Assembly: GCF_023585785.1 (NCBI RefSeq)
Contig: NZ_CP097765.1
Location: forward strand, 210,001-242,000
Reading direction: 5' to 3'
Origin: Blochmannia endosymbiont of Camponotus modoc
GTDB taxonomy: Bacteria; Pseudomonadota; Gammaproteobacteria; Enterobacterales; Enterobacteriaceae
Length of the DNA stretch: 32,000 bases
The notes under the pieces were generated by a model. It made no database searches. It was not told where the DNA came from and worked only from the letters and a program-made list of their open reading frames with translations. Shown in pieces: positions 28,211 through 32,000 of this stretch; within the stretch, counting starts at the first letter, position 1, and the number at the start of each line of letters is the position of its first letter. The position numbers and the translations under genes were made by a program.

Positions 28211-29743
28211 TCATTCTAAATGATAACAAACGCTATTTTTAAAAATTTTATAAGATAAAATATCTTGTAACCAAGATATTTGCCATGATATGTTCTCTTT
28301 ACTTGTAATCTTGCCATTGTGAGTAATGAATACTCCTATAGCAGTAATTAATGTTTTATTGTAAAAAAGCAAAGGAATACGACTTCTTAGCCATGGAGGT
28401 ACGCCTAATTCCTGCCAAATTTTTTTTAAATGTCGACCATGATTTCTTCCTAAGATATATAATAACCCATCTATATTCCCAAAAATAATTGATATTTTTT
28501 CATCAGATTTCGGGGCTCGAACAAAACAATGCGTCAAAACTTTTTTAGATTTTTCAAAAACATCATGAGACATATTTAATGAAAAATTTATGTTTAAATG
28601 CGGATTAAATACATTTTTAGATACATGTTCGTTGATACTTAATGGTTGGTATATTAATTTACCTAAATTATATGGTAGTATAAGTACATTATGTATGATG
28701 TTCCATGATAATTCAATTCTATTTAAAGAACGTCTCATATTTACAGGTAAAATATATAACTTTTCACGGAAACGACGACATAGGTATTTATCTAATTGTA
28801 GTATTGGGGTTGCATCTCTTCGGCTTAATACTACTTCTTTCCAAATACGATTTATAAGTTGATAAGAAGGCATCTTCATAGAAAAATGCGATAGCCAACG
28901 ACGCAGTAAAGCTTGTCTTTTTGGTATGCTGTATTGGAATAACGGGATAAATAGCAAAGAACCATCTGATTCATCAATTAATTTTTGAAAAGATTCTGAC
29001 AACAATTCATTTAATAAATTCTCTTGATCTCTGCATAGTTGCGCGGTACGCGCAACTACTTGATTAAAAAAAGGCCAACGTCGACATATTGAGGGCAAAA
29101 TTTTTATGCGCAAAAAATTACGATCAAAACGCGTATTCATATTCGTATCGTCTTCTATCCAGTCAAGTTTTTTTTTATAAGCATACATTTCTAATTGTTC
29201 ACGAGAGCAATCCAATAAAGGTCTTAATAACCTGTATTTATTAGCATATAATGCATTTTTACTCATTCCAGATAGTCCAGATGGGCCACTCCCTCTCTTT
29301 AGTGCAAGGAATAAACTTTCTACTTGATCATTCATGTGATGTGCGGTCAAAAGTATTTCTTGTGAATTTAAATTATTGTATAATTTTTTATAACGAAGAT
29401 TTCGTGCTAATGCTTCTATATTGCGTTGTTTATTTTCTGCGTTGTAGCAATTGATATGAATTACTGAAAAAGGTATACCCCGTAGTTTACATTGATTAAA
29501 GCAATGACTAGCCCATTTATCTGCATAATTACTGATACCGTGATGTACATAGATTGCACGTAAAATGAAAGGAGATGATCTGAAATGATCAGAACTATTT
29601 TTTAATCTTGTTAAAATATCTAGAAGCACTGTGGAATCCAGTCCTCCACTATAAGACAACAGTAATCTTGTATGTCCACCAAGACAGTGTGTTACTTTAC
29701 GATATAAATCCCAATCTTCTGACGATGTATTGGTTGTGATCAT
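28211..29743 (-). CDS. tilS: tRNA(Ile)-lysidine synthase
   Basis: 510 aa. PP-loop SYSGGLDSTVLL, HHMNDQVESLFLALKRGSG, DDTNMNTRFDRNFLR, and the C-terminal GRNHGRHLKKIWQELGVPPWLR motif typical of enterobacterial TilS. It is longer than E. coli TilS (about 430 aa) through several insertions and a C-terminal extension. Confidence 0.9.
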   Translation of the reverse strand: MITTNTSSEDWDLYRKVTHCLGGHTRLLLSYSGGLDSTVLLDILTRLKNSSDHFRSSPFILRAIYVHHGISNYADKWASHCFNQCKLRGIPFSVIHINCYNAENKQRNIEALARNLRYKKLYNNLNSQEILLTAHHMNDQVESLFLALKRGSGPSGLSGMSKNALYANKYRLLRPLLDCSREQLEMYAYKKKLDWIEDDTNMNTRFDRNFLRIKILPSICRRWPFFNQVVARTAQLCRDQENLLNELLSESFQKLIDESDGSLLFIPLFQYSIPKRQALLRRWLSHFSMKMPSYQLINRIWKEVVLSRRDATPILQLDKYLCRRFREKLYILPVNMRRSLNRIELSWNIIHNVLILPYNLGKLIYQPLSINEHVSKNVFNPHLNINFSLNMSHDVFEKSKKVLTHCFVRAPKSDEKISIIFGNIDGLLYILGRNHGRHLKKIWQELGVPPWLRSRIPLLFYNKTLITAIGVFITHNGKITSKENISWQISWLQDILSYKIFKNSVCYHLE

Positions 29744-29893
29744 ATTTTTACTAATGTAATAAACATAAAGTCATGACGATTTAAATATTAATAATAATGA
29801 ATATATTAATATTTAATATATTATTAATGAATAAAGCATTATTTACATACTTAAATCAATTATTTTAAAACAGTAATATACATTAATTCGAGA

Positions 29894-30853
29894 TTAACAA
29901 TATCCATAATGCATCAATCTTTGATATCGTCGATTTAACAATTCTTTTTCATCAAAAGAATCTAATTCGGTTAAATCTAATAATAATTGAGTTTTTAATG
30001 AAATAGATGTAGTTAATATATCTCTATGTGCTCCACCTAATGGTTCAGAAATCACACTATCAATTAGATTTAGTTCTTTCAATCGATAAGCAGTAATACC
30101 CATTGCTTCGGCAGCTATAGGAGCTTTTTTAACATTTTTCCATAAAATGGATGCACATCCTTCTGGAGAAATTACAGAATATGTACTATATTCCAACATA
30201 TTAACTTTATCGCCAACGCTGATAGCTAAAGCCCCTCCAGAACCCCCTTCTCCGATTACGGTACATATAATTGGTATTTTTAATATTGACATTGTACGTA
30301 AATTCTTAGCGATTGCTGCAGATTGTCCACGTTTTTCTGCGCCCACTCCAGGATAAGCGCCTGGAGTATCTATAAAAGTAATCAGTGGTATTTTGAATCG
30401 TTCTGCCATTTTCATCAGACGTAATGCTTTTCGGTACCCTTCTGGCGCGGACATACCAAAATTTCGTTTAATTTTTTCTTTAGTGTCACGACCTTTTTGA
30501 TGCCCAATGATCATGACTGGTCGGGAATTGAGTCTCGCTATGCCGCCTACAATAGCTTTGTCATCAGCGTATACTCGATCACCAGATAATTCATCGAAAT
30601 CGTTAAATATACGCTCTATATAATCTAAAGTGTATGGACGTTTAGGATGTCGTGCTAATTGAGCAATTTGCCAGGCATTTAAATTAGAAAATATTTTTTG
30701 GGTAAGCTCAATACTTTTAGAACGAAGACGATTAATTTCTGCATTAACATTTTTTTTTGATTTTTTATCTGAGTGTACTATCGATGCTAAAGAATTAATT
30801 TTTTCTTCTAAATCTAAGATAGGTTTTTCAAAATCAAGAACATTTAAACCCAT
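29894..30853 (-). CDS. accA: Acetyl-CoA carboxylase carboxyltransferase subunit alpha
   Basis: 319 aa, collinear with E. coli AccA ([33 protein letters not shown]). Confidence 0.95.
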   Translation of the reverse strand: MGLNVLDFEKPILDLEEKINSLASIVHSDKKSKKNVNAEINRLRSKSIELTQKIFSNLNAWQIAQLARHPKRPYTLDYIERIFNDFDELSGDRVYADDKAIVGGIARLNSRPVMIIGHQKGRDTKEKIKRNFGMSAPEGYRKALRLMKMAERFKIPLITFIDTPGAYPGVGAEKRGQSAAIAKNLRTMSILKIPIICTVIGEGGSGGALAISVGDKVNMLEYSTYSVISPEGCASILWKNVKKAPIAAEAMGITAYRLKELNLIDSVISEPLGGAHRDILTTSISLKTQLLLDLTELDSFDEKELLNRRYQRLMHYGYC

Positions 30854-30871
30854 ACAATTCCTGTTATTAAA

Positions 30872-32000
30872 TTAATGTAATTCTAATTTGATTTGTTCAT
30901 CCCCAACAAGACTACGTAAATTAGTTAGTAACTGATCAGTCAGGGTAATATACCATTTTTTTCCACAATGTAATTTAATTTGAATGCCATTTTTTTGATA
31001 AAAAAAATATACTGGTAAAGTTCCAAGTTTATTTTTTTCTAAAAAAAAATGAATGTTGGTCAATAATTTATTGTCAACTTGTTTGTTCTTTAATGTGATA
31101 GATAAACTACGTGTATGTTTTTTATGAATGTCGTTAATATCTTCTAATTTCCGTGCAATCATTTTGTAATGACCATGTATCTTATCAATATTGATCACGC
31201 CTGTAACAAGCAATAAATTATTTTCTTTTAAACAATGTTGATATTTATGAATCAGTGTTTCGAATATCATTATTTCTAATCGACCAGAATAATCTTCTAG
31301 AATAAAAAATACAACACGTTTTCCTCTCTTACTTAATTTTGTTCGAATTGATATAATTAAACCAAAAATATGCAGTATTTTATTATCTGTTTCTAGTATA
31401 ACATCTTTTATCTTAACGATGTTCGGTGCGCAACGTTTTATTGTTTTTATATATTGAATAGTAGGATGACTGGTTAAATATAATCCAAGAGCTTCTTTTT
31501 CTTTTTCTAATAATAACTGATTAGACCATTGTGGTGCGTTGTCATTGCGATCAGATATCGCAATAGTATTAGATTCATCTAAACACATTTCAAATATATC
31601 TGTTTGTTTGCTATATTTATTTTTAATATGTTGATTAGCACGTTTTAGTACATCATTAAGTGATGACATTAATTTTGAACGATGTATTCCAAACGAATCA
31701 CAGGCTCCGGAAAGAATTAATTTTTCAATCATACGATGATTTATTTTTGTACTATCGATACGAATACAGAAGTCAAATAATTCTTTAAAACTACCACCTT
31801 TATTACGAGATGTTATTATAGATTCTATAGAGGTTTTTCCTATTCCTTTAATAGCTCCAAATCCATAAACAATTTCTTTATTTGCATTAACATAAAAATG
31901 ATATTGACTAGTGTTAATATTTGGGGGTGAAATTATAAGTTTCATTTTTTGACATTCACCTATTAAGTATACTACTTTATTTAAATTATCCATATCAGAA
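30872..32000 (-). CDS. dnaE: DNA polymerase III subunit alpha, C-terminal about 375 aa; the gene continues beyond the window end
   Basis: The frame stays open upstream of the ORF-track Met (..SD-MDNLNKVVYLIGEC..). The sequence is collinear with the E. coli DnaE C-terminus (GAIKGIG, the OB-fold region, and the tau-binding C-terminal domain ending ..EQIKLELH). An 18-nt spacer with AGGA precedes accA, as in the E. coli dnaE-accA arrangement. Confidence 0.93.
   Translation of the reverse strand, partial: SDMDNLNKVVYLIGECQKMKLIISPPNINTSQYHFYVNANKEIVYGFGAIKGIGKTSIESIITSRNKGGSFKELFDFCIRIDSTKINHRMIEKLILSGACDSFGIHRSKLMSSLNDVLKRANQHIKNKYSKQTDIFEMCLDESNTIAISDRNDNAPQWSNQLLLEKEKEALGLYLTSHPTIQYIKTIKRCAPNIVKIKDVILETDNKILHIFGLIISIRTKLSKRGKRVVFFILEDYSGRLEIMIFETLIHKYQHCLKENNLLLVTGVINIDKIHGHYKMIARKLEDINDIHKKHTRSLSITLKNKQVDNKLLTNIHFFLEKNKLGTLPVYFFYQKNGIQIKLHCGKKWYITLTDQLLTNLRSLVGDEQIKLELH

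Overview
This is a very AT-rich, eroded chromosome segment from a reduced enterobacterial genome. Composition and gene content fit an obligate insect endosymbiont of the Blochmannia type, but that assignment is inference only. I can support 22 housekeeping CDS: rodA (partial), an EamA/DMT permease, folD, cysS, lpxH, adk, dnaX, apt, lon, pmbA, tldD, mreD, mreC, mreB, aroQ, accB, accC, gmhB, proS, tilS, accA and dnaE (partial). I also support tRNA-Arg(UCU) and an unannotated 4.5S/SRP RNA (ffs). Gene order follows E. coli K-12 blocks with the dispensable genes removed: folD-cysS-[ppiB]-lpxH-[purEK]; adk-[htpG recR ybaB]-dnaX-apt...ffs...lon; tldD...mreDCB...accBC; gmhB...proS...tilS...accA-dnaE. 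About a quarter of the window is coding-free spacer that is visibly more AT-rich than the genes. I see no mobile elements, CRISPR, prophage, defence or secondary-metabolite genes, and I do not find a novel multi-gene system. The signals worth follow-up are small-scale: (1) an A10 tract in dnaX at the position of the E. coli tau/gamma recoding site, with a -1 frame stop two codons downstream; (2) three unrelated, statistically improbable perfect inverted repeats (24, 23 and 19 bp arms) in spacers; (3) a conserved sigma-32-type promoter in front of lon, which sits between two coding-free tracts of more than 1.2 kb; (4) ffs with a near-consensus sigma-70 promoter and a compensatory change at the GGAA tetraloop closing pair; (5) many A9-A10/T9 tracts inside intact essential genes; (6) tldD and pmbA adjacent here though unlinked in E. 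coli; (7) a 19-bp tandem repeat between mreB and aroQ.
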